From Epiperipatus broadwayi (Eukaryota > Animalia > Onychophora), in assembly GCA_028023455.1 (NCBI GenBank), contig JAQFVV010000003.1, positions 27,218,001-27,282,000 on the forward strand: a DNA stretch of 64,000 nucleotides. Direction: 5' to 3'. Below the pieces are notes generated by a model that was given only the letters and a program-made list of their open reading frames with translations, was not told the DNA's origin and made no database searches. The first letter of the stretch is position 1; each line of letters begins with the position of its first letter. A program made the translations under genes and the position numbers. Of the stretch, positions 35,672 to 48,719 are shown one piece after another.

Positions 35672-37575
35672 CTAAAATGGGGGAAAAAAAAAAAAGGGGG
35701 GGGGGGGCAGATATAATTTGCATATTTAACTGCAGAAATAATAATTATATTAACATAATTTGAAAAAAAAAATCAAAATTTATTCATAATATAATATAAT
35801 ATATATATAAGGTATAATATACTATAAAGGGAGGAAAAGGTTGAAAGATTAAATAATTTTCATATAATGATTAGATTTTTTTTTTACGTTTTAACAAGCA
35901 GTTGTCCTCATACTACTTGAGAGCTATTTACTGTAAGCTTGCATAAGTAATCAATATCAAATGATAGCGCTATTATCCAAAGTAGTTTCCTGAATTTTGG
36001 TCCTCACACCTAGTAGCTCCTTTTTATTTCTTTTTTACTATCAATTTAATAATTTAAAAATTTGTTTTGAACTAAAGCTATTTAGAGAGACTCGACATTA
36101 GTCCAGTACCTACATATTAGTGATCACACTTTTATGTTAACTGAAGCATCTTTCACTTGTTAAAAGTTGCAAGTTAAAAACAGGTTTGGGTCTGTGGATA
36201 GATTAGCGCTACCATTTTGGTATCCATTGATTAATCAAACTTATAATATATGGCTCTGGAACACAGTGAAACGAAATACTTCTGAAAATCTATTAAATGC
36301 AAGCAGAAAAAGTCATTGTATGTGAAATATATGTAATAATTTATGTATTTTAATAAACTATGAAATTAATTTACAGAGAGGAAATAAATAAATAGATAAA
36401 TAATAAATAGCCGGAACAAGATTAAACTGATATAAATTCTCTACCAGGATTTCCCCCAATGAGCTTAATTACTCCAGAAAGCAAAAGGATTAATATAAAC
36501 TGTGAAAAAAGTCAACACTTATTCTTGTCGTCTTTGAGATAACTATGTCACCAGTGTGAAATAGTGGAAGAAACCAACAGGGTACATCTTTTTCCCAGAA
36601 TCTCGCTCCTGAAGGTCAATAAGCCAGGGTCAAAACAGATCACTACGATCTTATTATTTTAAATGCCTTAAGGGTGGCCAGGCTTAACCCTCTTGTATTC
36701 TGACAGATTTCTTTGTTCTCACTAGACTTAAGCTTTCAACTTTCTTTTTGATATTAAACTATTATTATTTATCAGAATATAATAAATTTGACCTCATTCA
36801 ATAGATACTTTTGTTTAGGAATTAAATAAATCACATGTGATTTCTGGAATTATTTTAAAAATTATATTTATTCAAAACAAAATGCTGTCACATCACCAAA
36901 TTTCAGGTGGAAATGACTCAATTTTCAAAATGAATGAAATCTTTGTTTCATGTTTGATTTTAAAATGTGAACAAATTTTTTTTAATAAATACTAAATCTA
37001 TCAATTTATGCTTTAAAAGTTTAAGTATTTTTTATAATTTTTACGATATCGCTGAATATTATAATCAGTCTGATGAGTGATCTCATTTCTAGACTGCTGT
37101 GTTTACTGTGACCGTAATCTCTATAGAAACAATATTCAAAAGAAAATATTCTTTTACATTTAAAAATAAAACATTTATATAATCATAAATTTTCCAAAAA
37201 ATCAAGTTTTTAGACCATCGTAATATTTCCATGAAATACACTCGGCAAAGTGCATGATTGTCAAATAAACAATGTCTACTCATCTAACCATGGTTTCAGT
37301 TCCTTTGTAATGATTTCCCTTGCCATCTTTTGACTTTTTTTGCAATTAAAATATTAGAAAATAAATATACATGAATTTTAAAGCTGTTAAAAAAAAAGTT
37401 TTGTAAAATTTTCACCGGAGAAAAAACCCACAAATTTTACATTTAAGAAATCTCAGATGAAATTCGTCTCGTAATATGATCCAGTTAAAGAAGAGTGATG
37501 ATAGTAAAGGTAAATGTATTGACTTTAGTATTAATATTAGTGAGTAGACTAAATACACTTATATTCTTAATTAAC

Positions 37576-40500
37576 TGTGATCGGGTTATATAAATTAGAA
37601 TAGCATTATCTAGATTATATATATTATATTTGTATATATTGATGTACGTATTAAATTGTATATTGAAGTCTGAGTCACTGTAATTTTTGTGACCTCAAGA
37701 AAATAATATTCTGTATTAAATTTGTTATTCTTACTCCAGGGATTAGCGAGCTAAGACATAGCAAAACTTGGTGCAGTCATTTAGTTCAAATCAAGCTTAG
37801 AGAGATAATTAGCAGCTTGAAAGTTCAAATTAGTTTTAGGATTAAAAATGTCATCTTTTGAGCAAACTTGTATTGCTCAGTTTGATGTGGAGAATTGTCA
37901 AATGGCCATTGTATTTAATCAAAATTTTTTTTATACTAAACAAAATGGTGGACAATAAGCGAAAAGTCGCAGCACTCATGTTTTTCTGGTAAAAAAGTTA
38001 TTAGAATAATTAATAAGTTTTATGATCCTCTGTAACAGATAATGTACCATATGAGGGAATAATAAAAAAAACAAATATTTTAGTCCCCATCCATCCCACC
38101 ATATAGCTCGTTTACATTTAAGAAATAAAAAACATATTAAGAGTAAACCAATAAAAGTATAATTCAGCCCTGAGAGAGCTAGCTAAAGATTGCGGGTATG
38201 TGGAGTTTATCAATGAAATACTTATAGATCAATTACTCTAGTGCATGTCTGACAACAGGCTCAGACAACAGTTGTTAACAGAAACTGATCTAACATATAA
38301 AATTGCTATAAAAAAAGGAATAGCTTACGAACTAATTTTTAGAACAGGCGCATACTTTTAAATCTAAACATAAAGATACACGAGTTTTTAAAATGGATAA
38401 CAAATATATTAATCTGCAAAAATTTAAATAAAAAAAGAGAAATAAAGTTAAGTGCTTTTGCTGTCGAAAAATAGGTCATAGAACAAAAGATTGTAAGTGG
38501 AAGCAGGAAACGTTTTAAACGTGCAAGTAAAGGGCATTTAGAATATATATGTGGAAAATTTGGGAAAGGGAAGAGCCAAGAGAAAACTCAGGAGCAGAAA
38601 AATAGGGGAGGTAAACTCTTTAACATTCACATTGTAAAAAAAACATGCAAGTTGAGGGATCGCAGCAATTCATGATGAAATTGCAAATTTGCGGAAAAGA
38701 AATTACAATGTAGACAGCTAGTGGCTTAGAGATACCGATAACGTCTGAGGTAGATTGAAGTACACTATCAACTGTTGAAGCTAGTATCAAAATAAAAAAA
38801 ACAAACATTAAAACACAAGATGTGAGGGGAAATGCGCTGAAATTATTGGAGCAAATAAAAACGCCAGTTAGATACCACAAGAAAATAATTAAATTATCAC
38901 TGTATATAGTAAAAGGGAATATTAGCCCTATAATAGGAAAATGGTTTTATGTGATAGGAATCTAAGTTAGTAGTGAAGAATTGGGTATAATATCAACAGA
39001 CTCAGTAAAGATCAAATTAGTTGAAAACGCATACCTGGTTGTGTGTAAACCACAAAAAATCCCATTCGCGCAGAAAACAAAAGTCGAGGAGAAAATTCAA
39101 GGATTGGTCCACAAGAGCATATTGATGTTAGTAGAAATATCAGATTGGACCATGCCTAGTCATAATAACAAAACCCAATGATCAAATATGAATGTGCAAT
39201 TATAGGTTAACAGTAAATAAGCATTTAAATACAGGATATATCCAGTACCTAATGTGAGAGGTATTGGTTAGTCTGCAAAATGCATCATATTTTATGAAAC
39301 TGGACCTAAATTCCATTTCCACCAAATACCAGCGACAGACAAGTCAGCGGAAATATTAACACTAACAATCCATGTGCGATTATTTAAATGCAATCGGCTA
39401 CTGTTCAGTATTTCAATAATGCCGAATATATTACAGGGATTAGAGGGCGTAATACTTTACTTTGATGACACCCTTATAACAGCATACTTGGAAGAGATGT
39501 TTCATCAAAGATTGTTTAAGGTATATGAGAAATTGCAGACATTCGGAATCAAAATTAAATGCCCAGAAAAGCATGTGGAATATGAAAGAATTAATATGCC
39601 TAGGGCATATAATCTTGGACAAGGGTTAAATGACTATCACCTGAGAAAGTAAAAGCTGTGGAAAATGTGACTAAACCAAGAAACATTAAAGAATTCTAGG
39701 TATTTCTGGGTTTGATAAACTATTTCAAACCTTTTTTACAGAATAAGATTAAAGTAGCAAACCCTCTATCTGAATTATTAAAGAAAAATCAAAAGTGGCA
39801 GTGGTTAAAAATACATGAGGAAGCTTTTCTATGAACTAAAACTCTGCTGTCCTCGGACAAATTACTGGTTTATAATCTTGAAGTATGCTTGACAATAGAT
39901 GATTCAGAATTGAGGGGGGGGGAGTTTTATATCATCCATGTTACAATAGCCTATGCATCAAGGACATTTTCTAAAGCTGAGAGAAACTAAAACCAGATTG
40001 ACAAAGAGGCCTTGGCAATAATATATTCAGCTTAAAGAAATTTCAACATATATTCGGTAGATCTTTTCACATAATAACCAATCATAAGCCGTTATTGAAA
40101 ATATTAGCGAATGATAAGCTAGAGCCTGACCAATTGAGTCCACGTATGATGCAGTGGAGAAATATATTGGTAACATATGATTACCAGCTGTCATGTAGGA
40201 AGAGGAAAGAGATTCCACATCTAGACAAAGAGCAACCATAGAGTATTGAGACAAATTAATTATATAGATGACCTACAGTCAGATATTTTACACAGCAATA
40301 CAGTAGCAAAGTGGACAAGGATCGATAATGGGTACCAGCTGCTGAAAGGCTAGTTAGAAATAGCTGGCCGCCCAAGATACCACCACAATGCCATGGGTCT
40401 GCTTTTTGGACAAATCTTGGCAAGTTATCAGTCAGTAAGTGTTGTGCGTTAATGGATAATAGGGTTGTAATACCAACAATGAGCAGAGAAAAAGTTTTAA

Positions 40501-40640
40501 GACTATTGCACTAAGGCCATCCAGGAGTTATGTGCGCAAACTTTTAGCATGTAGTTATGTCTGGTGGCAAAAATAACTTGAAACATTGAGAAACATAATA
40601 AGAAATGCATAGCTTGTCAGTCTAAAATGAGTATGGAACC
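37576..40640 (+). mobile_element. Ty3/gypsy remnant, 3'-truncated, antisense in the last NEDD1 intron
   Basis: 5' LTR 37576-37763 ends ctaagacatagca, as does the LTR of the 22.7-27.4 kb copy. PBS TGGTGCAGTC at 37769-37778 and gag ATG at 37848. Motifs LRELAKDC, RT ILYFDDTLI, RH IAYASRT...DKEALAII and IN zinc finger LH*GHPG...YVWW. No integrase core or 3' LTR found. Confidence 0.85.
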
Positions 40641-41026
40641 TAAGGAGTATATATCGTATAATCTAATGTTAGTGTGAAAATTGCATTTTGAACCAAAAAA
40701 ATATGGCATACATATTAGTATAAAGATTATAAGTATATTCTTAATTTATTTTAATTGCATTAGTATTTTCAAATTTCAATTGACAATTTTACTTAACTCC
40801 TTTTATAAGACAAATGGCTTTCTATGGATAATGTTATTTTCTTTAATTAATTTTCTATAATTTTCTGATTTATTGTTATAAAAATTAATCTTAAAGGATG
40901 CAAAGATCTAAAGATAAACATTTGATTAAAATTGACTTTTTGAAAAATTGATATCAAAGCTCTATTTTAATCAGTTTTATATCACATTTTCTATACTTAA
41001 AATGTAAAATTCATAAAAGGGCTCAC

Positions 41027-41247
41027 CAACTGAATCTGAAATTGATGTATCATTGTACTGTGCAGGCTAATAATATCAGCATGAAGATCATCTCGAAAAT
41101 CTTCTAAGATATCTGTAACTGTATTTGTTATTAATTCCATTTGAAAATTCTTTATGACAGATAACCCACTAGCCTGAGAATTGTGGGATGTATCATTGTT
41201 TGGCTCAGGTTGGAAGCGAGAAGCAAATGCAGGAGTCATTTTAGAAT
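41027..41247 (-). CDS. NEDD1: NEDD1 penultimate exon (...FQMELITNTVTDILEDFRDDLHADIISLHSTMIHQFQIQL)
   Basis: AG acceptor, gtgag donor, 221 nt, phase 1 in and phase 0 out. Matches vertebrate QETLDDFREACHRDIVNLQVEMIKQFHMQL. Confidence 0.93.
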
Positions 41248-42423
41248 CTAAAAATAAAAAAATACATTAAGATATTTCAAAAGTAAAAATTAATTCATTA
41301 AATCTATTATTTATTACCATGAAAGTAATTAAAATACCAGATTTTTAGGACTGCTATAATAGAATTAACTTTAAGCTTCTTTTTTTTTTTAAATCATAAC
41401 CATCATATCTACATAGGTCAAATGACTAGGCAATATTGTTGGATAATTAGCTAGGCTTTTATCTGGAAAAAAATTTTCCACTTTACTTAAGACATGGTTA
41501 TGACATGCTAATACTTTAAGTACAGCATCCTAAAACTTTTAGACCTGGATTAAAAGAAGTATGTTTAATGTTTATAGTTTTGTATGATTATTTTCCAACA
41601 ATATTATAATCTTATTTTTATTTATCAACATCAATTCTAACCACTAAGCAATATTGAATGGTTAGCTAAATTTTCTACCTAAAAAAAAAAAAATTACAGC
41701 TGCACTTTGAACATAGAAATGACATGTTAATATATTAACTATTACAATTAAGACTCTTACATCAGGTAATGTTACAATAAATTCAGGTTAAAAAAAGTGT
41801 CGTGCAGTTCACCAAAAAAATAAAAATATTTACAATATCCAAGATCGAGCATCCAAATCTGATTATGATTGCCTATCTAAAGTAATTATAATTAAAATAT
41901 TTTTAAAAAATAGATACATGAAATATTAGGATTATGAACAAGTTAATTAAAGAATGCAAATTTATTAGCAGAGATGAAAAGCAAAAGACTATACAGTATA
42001 AGTGAAATTTTATTAAAGAAAATGAATGAGATGTGGAAAAAATAAGATATTTGTAATTACAGGATAAAATCAAAACAGAATTTTTTTTATATAAATAACA
42101 CCCTAATATTTGAATACAAGTATAATTTATATAATTGGACTTTAGATGTAATTATAGAGGATTTGAATGCACATCTTCAAGCTTCCTTCAGCTATCTATT
42201 CCATCTCATATAAATAACACACATGTCCACGCACATGTGAAAAAGATAAATGATCTCTAATAATAAAATATCACACAATCACCATTTCTTATACTTGCTC
42301 ATAATTGTTATTAAAACAGCAAAACTCTCTATAAGTATTGCCACTCAGTGCAAGCCAGAGTAATCAATGGATGACAGAAGGCTTGTGCATAAAATCCCCA
42401 TCTAGTGCCTACTCAGCCAATAC

Positions 42424-42463
42424 CCTCAGACTAGTTTCTGGCTTGTGACGTTCATCAGTGAAG
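42424..42463 (-). ncRNA. Hammerhead copy, core intact, stem II degraded
   Basis: CUUCA CUGAUGA ACGU-CACAA-GCCA GAAA CUAG UC UGAGG. Confidence 0.65.
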
Positions 42464-43055
42464 AGCCTTGGATCCGAGAGCACTGCTCCTAGATCTTAGA
42501 AACTAATACAACTGTCCAGCAGCCACCTTTTATGTCTACTTAACTACAAAATTTATGAGTCTTAAATTGAAAACACTATAATATTTTCAATCAAGCTCAT
42601 TAGCTTATATAATCATATAGGTCAGAATTCAGTTCAGTACCTATACATTTTGGTGTCTCTGGTTCTTTAATAACCATAGCCACCATTATTAGGCAGGATT
42701 GGTTTTAAGGCAATAAACATCACATAATAAGCATTTCTTATGCTTGCTCAAACAGACAAAACTCTCTATACGTATTGCAACTCAATGATCACGTGATGTT
42801 TATTGGCTTAAAACCAATCCTGCCTAATAGGATAGTGATGGCTATGGTTATTAAAGAACCAAAGACACCAAAATGTATAGGTACTGAACTGAGTTCAGAC
42901 CTATATGATTATAAGTTAATGAGCTTGGATTGAAAATATTATAGTGTTTTCAATTTAAGACTCATGGTTATGTAGATAAGTAGAGATAAAAGGTGGCTGC
43001 TGGAGGGTTGCATTAGATCCTAAGATCTAGGTGCAGTGCTCTCAGATCCAAGGCT

Positions 43056-43095
43056 CCTCACTGACGAAGGCCACAAACCAGAAACTAGTCCGGGG
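43056..43095 (+). ncRNA. Hammerhead copy, core intact, stems I/II mismatched
   Basis: CCUCA CUGACGA AGGC-CACAA-ACCA GAAA CUAG UC CGGGG. Confidence 0.65.
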
Positions 43096-44952
43096 ATATT
43101 GGATGAATAGGCATTAGATGGGGATTTTATGCACAAGCTTTCTGGCATCCATTGATTACTCTGGCTTGCACTGAGTGACAATATGTATAGAGACTTTTGC
43201 CTGTTTTAATAATAAAATAAAAAACATTTATAAAGAAAATGAAAAAATTGTTAAAAAAACAAACAAAAATAATAGTATAATAAAAAATTGGAATTGCTAT
43301 CATAGGACAGAAGAAAAATGAAAAAACTGTAAGAGATTGTTACTTGGAAATAAAAATTATGATAAGTAAAAAGTCGATTATATAGATATTATGTTTTAAA
43401 AATCACAGTATTAAAAATGAAAATGTTCCATCTTGGAACAGAAAAAGATTCAGATGACAATTTAGTCATGTAGATTGATTGAGAATTAAGAAATGAAAAC
43501 TTAACACATGCTTTAAAAATCACAAGCATTAAGAATGTATATTTTGGCCAGACGAAGGCTCAGATCACAAATTTGTAATAGTAGAAGTCAGATTATCTTC
43601 TTTTTTTTTTAAAAAAAAAAACAAAGAAATGTGACAAAAAAAAAAAAAAGATCAATTGATACATTGAAATATTAAAAAAAAAAAAACCCAAACTTTTTGC
43701 ATTAAAAAAATAAGCATAAATGGAGATAGAATAATCAGTAAAAGTAAACTCTCAAATTAAAAGGTAGGAATTATGTGAGAAAAAATTTAAATATGACATC
43801 AAAAAAGCAGTCGATTATGCAAAAAAAAAAAAAGGGAAGGGGATAAAAACGAAAGGGAATTAAAATTAAAAAACAAGTAAAGCAACAATATAAATAAAAC
43901 ATTGTTGATAGAAAAAAAGATCAAGAGAATAGAGTAGTGATAACTGATAGAAATACACCTGGGTCTCATTTTATGCGGTAGATAGATTCCTCAGAAAACG
44001 CGCACACAATAAATCGCACAAAAATAGACTTAACTTACCTTGAAAAATGGGGGATAGGTTACTGTAATTTTCAAAATCGCATAAAAGCAAAGCAACAACA
44101 TAAAATTACTTTAAAATTCGCATAAAAAAAATATAAGAAAATAAAATATGACTAATAAAAAATTTCAAATTTGAAAAAAATTGATAGAAGACAAACTTTT
44201 TTTATTAACTACAATATTTAATTTTATTCAAAACAACATATTTTTATGCGTAATTTACATTTTTTTCCTACATGTATGGTATTTTAATCATTATCGCTAT
44301 TTGAGACATCAGATTCGTCAAGTGATGATGTGATGTACTATAGCTTCTCCTTAAACGAAGTCAAGAATCTCTCAGCAATTATGCCCAGAAAAACCTGTTA
44401 GCTACTTTATTTTACATTCTCCAGTCTAACTTTTCTCATATTCTGCTCCATCCCATTTCCACAACATAATCTTTGTCAACTCTATAGCCTTTATATCTAA
44501 ATCCCAATAAATTGCTCCTATAGTGGATTCGCCCAAACTAAAACGTTTTCCAATCGTTGTTGATCCTTCCCATTTCGCTAAGCAATTGAAAATTGAAATT
44601 TTTGTTTCCAAAGAAATTCATTTTCTTGGATGTTTGTTTCCTTTCTGTTAGAGTAAACTAAAAGTTTAAAATAAAATAAGAACTTAGACTTATGATAATA
44701 AAAAGACATCTACTCACCGCTGTTGGGCAAAATTTAATTAAAACTAACAAAAATTAAATTCTTATTTTTGTCTTTAATTTTTTACTTTTCAATTCCGTTT
44801 AAAAATCAAATTTCATTGTTTCACGATCACATTAATTTCAGATGACATTATGTAATCTTTAAATTGTTAATTACAATTAAAAAATCAGATTTTAATTTTT
44901 AATTGTCAAATTTAATTGTGCCCAACGCTGTTACTCATCTTTTAAAAATAAA

Positions 44953-45252
44953 CTTGCGGACACTAAATGATTAATTGATTACGTACTCTTTTTTTTAAAT
45001 AGCAAAAATAGAATGTGATTTAAAATGCAAAAACAACAATATGCATAGTATAGGCATCTATAACGTTTGAACAGATTTACATTATAATCTTGTAAAATTT
45101 ATTCCTTGCAGACACTAAATGATTAATTGATTATGTACTCTTTTTTTTAAAAAGCAAAAATAGAATGTGATTTAAAATGCAAAAACAACAATATGCATAG
45201 TGTAGGCATCTATAACGTTTGAACAGATTTACATTATAATCTTGTAAAATTT
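44953..45252. repeat. ~152-bp tandem duplication inside the Tigger element
   Basis: cttgc(g/a)gacactaaatg...cttgtaaaattt repeated from 44953 and 45105. Confidence 0.9.
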
Positions 45253-45278
45253 AATGTTTTTAATATAAAATGGGGAAA

Positions 45279-45361
45279 CTCCGATAATGCGCTATTCCTT
45301 TAAATATGATGTGTGAGTGCACGAAATGTATAATATTTAAAGTAATAGCGCATTATCGGAG
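45279..45361. repeat. 83-bp inverted repeat (mini-MITE-like)
   Basis: Perfect 18-bp inverted ends ctccgataatgcgctatt / aatagcgcattatcggag. Confidence 0.7.
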
Positions 45362-45557
45362 CTCGACTTCTGATCTAATAATTTTTATCGCATAAAAGAA
45401 ACCCGCATACAAAGATATTAAGAAGAAACATGAATTGCATAACTTCAAAATAGCATTAAATAAATCCGCATAAAATGAGATCCAGGTGTACTGTAGTAAA
45501 CTAATAATAAAATAGATGCTCTGAAAAGAAATAAAAAATACAGGAGTGAATTGTAAG

Positions 45558-45782
45558 ATATATATATTTCTTATAACACTACTTTCATATACATTTCAAT
45601 GCAAACAAATTTTCTTAAACTTCTTTATTTTCCTTACAGTTTCGACTGTCCAGCAGTTTTCATCAGAGCTCTAATCTTCTTCTCTGCTGGACAGTCGAAA
45701 CTGTAAGGAAAATAAAAAAGTTTAAGAAAATTTGTTTGCATTGAAGTGCATATGAAAGAAGTGTTATAAGAAATATATATAT
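45558..45782. mobile_element. 225-bp hairpin, probable Penelope-like remnant (family B) with a hammerhead motif
   Basis: ~99-bp arms (45558-45656, 45684-45782) and a 27-nt loop. Minus strand reads CUGAUGA A AACUG-CUGGA-CAGUC GAAA CUGUA AGG. Confidence 0.6.
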
Positions 45783-48719
45783 GATTATATGAAGATATGC
45801 AAAGAAAGTGAAAGAGAAGAATAAGAGAATATACTTCTGAATTGTAAGATAAGTATTGATGTATAATTTATTACCCTAAATGAATAATCTATTGTTTATT
45901 TGCTATTTTATTTTATATTTAGATGTGTTGATTTAAACATTTCTTGATAATGATTTTTTTCTAGGCTGTTGATAATTTTAAATAGATATTTTTCTAACAT
46001 ATCAGAGTATTTCTATATGAAGAGTGGTTTGAATAAAAAGGAAGAGAAATGATACAATTGAAGTAGTGAAAATAATTGCTGAAAGATATATAAAAAGAAA
46101 AAGACTAATATTTGGTTTAATAATCTCCAAAAGTCCTTTGATAAAATAGATTAGGTTATTTGAAGAAGCAAATAATAAAAAAAAGATTGGAAAATATTTA
46201 TTAAAAAATCTATATAAAGATGAAAACACAGGATTGAATTAATTATTGCATCAGTTTGTAATGATATGTTTGTATGGGCATAGGATGAATACAATGTTAT
46301 ATAAAATTGACTGAATTTGTATAAAGTTAGGAATAAACAAATGCAAATAAAACTAAAACAAAGAAAATATGATATAATAAAATGAAGAGTAAAAATATGA
46401 CAAAAAAATTATAGAAGTTAGTGCCATCAAATATTTGAAATGTTGATTAATAGATGATGAAAGTAATATTAAAGAAATTAGTGTGAGTATTACAATGATT
46501 AAGCAAACTTTTAATAAGGAATTATAACTATTGAAAAATAGTTTTAGTTGGAGCAGAAATGTAGATAATTAGAAAACATGAGATTAAAACTTTTAGAAAT
46601 GTGGATTTGGAAAAAAATGGATAAGGTACATTTGAAAGATATGAAATATAAAAGTGATAAAAAAAAAAGCTCATACAAAAACAAAAATTTTTTTGACTAA
46701 ATTACAAAGAGGAACTGGATTCACTCACATATGGAAAAGAGACTATAAAAGTATTGAAAGAAGTGATACAAAATAAAAAAGTTAATTGACTATCTTAAGG
46801 GGGGACGACGACGACATACAAGTACTCATGAAATAGAGCAAAATACAGAAAGAATTGCAAGATATGGGTAAATTTAATATGTGATTCATGCCTTTTGCTA
46901 AATAACTAATAATGGTAATATATTCACTGTAAACATTATCAATTGGTATTTAGTTTGCAATTCAGAGATTGAATTCAAATTCAAGACAAATAAATTTGAA
47001 AATGTTTTCAATAAATTTAGAATTTTCATTTCACATAATCAAACTACAGCAATATAGCTAACCATATATAGATCAAAAAATAGATATCATGCTGTTCTTA
47101 ACTAATAAGAAAGGAAAATCACCCAAAGCTCTAACTTTATCATCTAGCAATTTGCAAACCGGCTTCTCCCTCTATGAGAAAAACTGTAGCCCTTTAGTGA
47201 ATTATTTATAGATACTTTTTACCTTTTACCTACATATTATAATTGAATTTTATGAGAAAAGTTTAACATTATCTAAATAATCCACACACCAATGCACCAT
47301 TTAAATGCTATGGAATTATATAAGAATGAAAGATGATGAAATATTATGATCACCATTCAATCCCTATAATTAAATAATCATCTACACATGACTACAACTT
47401 ATTAAGATGCAAGTCCCAGAGTGATGATAATGATTATTCAAGATACAAATAACAATACTAATTTAAATAATCATAATAAAAGCTAAAAGAATAATGTTAG
47501 TTGTGTGGCTTAGATTCACACAAAGAAATGGCAAATACATATATGGTATGTGCTTGTTTTGCATGAAATATCCATGATATTATCAATCAAATAATACTTT
47601 AAAACATTTTCACTATTAGCTCTAGAGTTTTTTTGACAGCAGCTAAAAGCCATTGTGTTAATTAAACCTTTATTCTATATTGTATTCCAATATTTTTATT
47701 TTATTGATTACAAATTTACGAATAAAAACATTCTTAAAAATAATATTTCAATATTGCAAATATAAAAATAAACTGAAATATACAATCAGAACAATGACTA
47801 TTGTTCTTTTGCAATTACTGATAAAAATCTATGATCCTGTTTTAAACTTTTAAATTCAACTTATAATTATTAAAATATCATAAGAAATAATTGCTATAAT
47901 CAGCCAATTATAACTTACTATTATATATGATAAAAAAATGTCAAGAGTATTCACAAGTGCTCTAAGGGCCTGAGATCAAAAATCTATTAATCAGTGCCAT
48001 TATCAGCTCATTTTTATTAGGTTTTCTAAGTGATAGAGAAATCTTCAGATTTTTTATTAAAATTAATAAATCAATATATATTTTAGTTCCAGTTTTTGAC
48101 ATTAAATGACTGCAAAACTGACAATGAATGCTGCAGATAGTCACAAAAGAATAAAAGTAAGCCAAAGGTGACTGAAATGCCATTGGATCATGCTGCAGAA
48201 ACACATCTAATAGTGAAACTATTAAACAAAGGCAAAAGATATTACTCAGATACTCAGGAAAATACCCAGTTCTCTTTATTAATCTAAAGAAAGCACCATG
48301 GTTGCCTAATCTTCTAACTAATCTCTTTCAAATATGTGCCTAGAATTAATCTCAAATAGAATACTTGAATATGTTTAAAAAATCACTAGTCAACTGTGAT
48401 CCACAAGAAGTGTTTAATAAATACACACTATGATATAAATATTAGTAATAATGTACAATAATTTTGATTTATGAAATATAATCAATTGGATAAATATATA
48501 TAAGTAACAATTTTTATTTCAGCTAAATAAATAATTCTGATGTAATTTTTTTAAACAAGATTAAATTTATAAAACCTTGATCCTTTAGTTTATATTTTCC
48601 CTCTATATTCTTTTTTCAAAATTTAAGCAAATGAAAACAAATTGATTTCTTTTGATTACATTATATTAAAAAGTAAGAGTTAATAAAATGACTTTATATT
48701 CTAAAATTTGTTTTTTCCT

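Larger units (their letters stand above)
42309..43211. mobile_element. Head-to-head Penelope-like pLTR pair (family A), ~0.9-kb palindrome in a NEDD1 intron
   Basis: Arms 42309-42723 and 42793-43211 are inverted copies. The spacer holds a short inverted copy of the unit's own end (acagacaaaactctctatacgtattgc). Confidence 0.8.
43956..45488 (-). mobile_element. Tigger/pogo-type Tc1-mariner DNA transposon, defective
   Basis: 23-bp TIRs cacctgg(g/a)tctcattttatgcgg flanked by TA on both sides. Minus-strand CENP-B-like HTH ETKISIFNCLAKWEGSTTIGKRFSLGESTIGAI. Confidence 0.85.
43220..46850 (+). mobile_element. RTE-clade LINE, highly decayed, with nested insertions
   Basis: APE GSDHKFV near 43560; RT-like NLQKSFDKID near 46125; EMWIWKKM near 46600. 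Confidence 0.65.

Noticed and set aside
37060-37095. cagtctgatgagtgatctcatttctagactg, hammerhead-like hairpin
   Set aside because: Has CUGAUGA and a small stem but no GAAA or NUH in the required positions.
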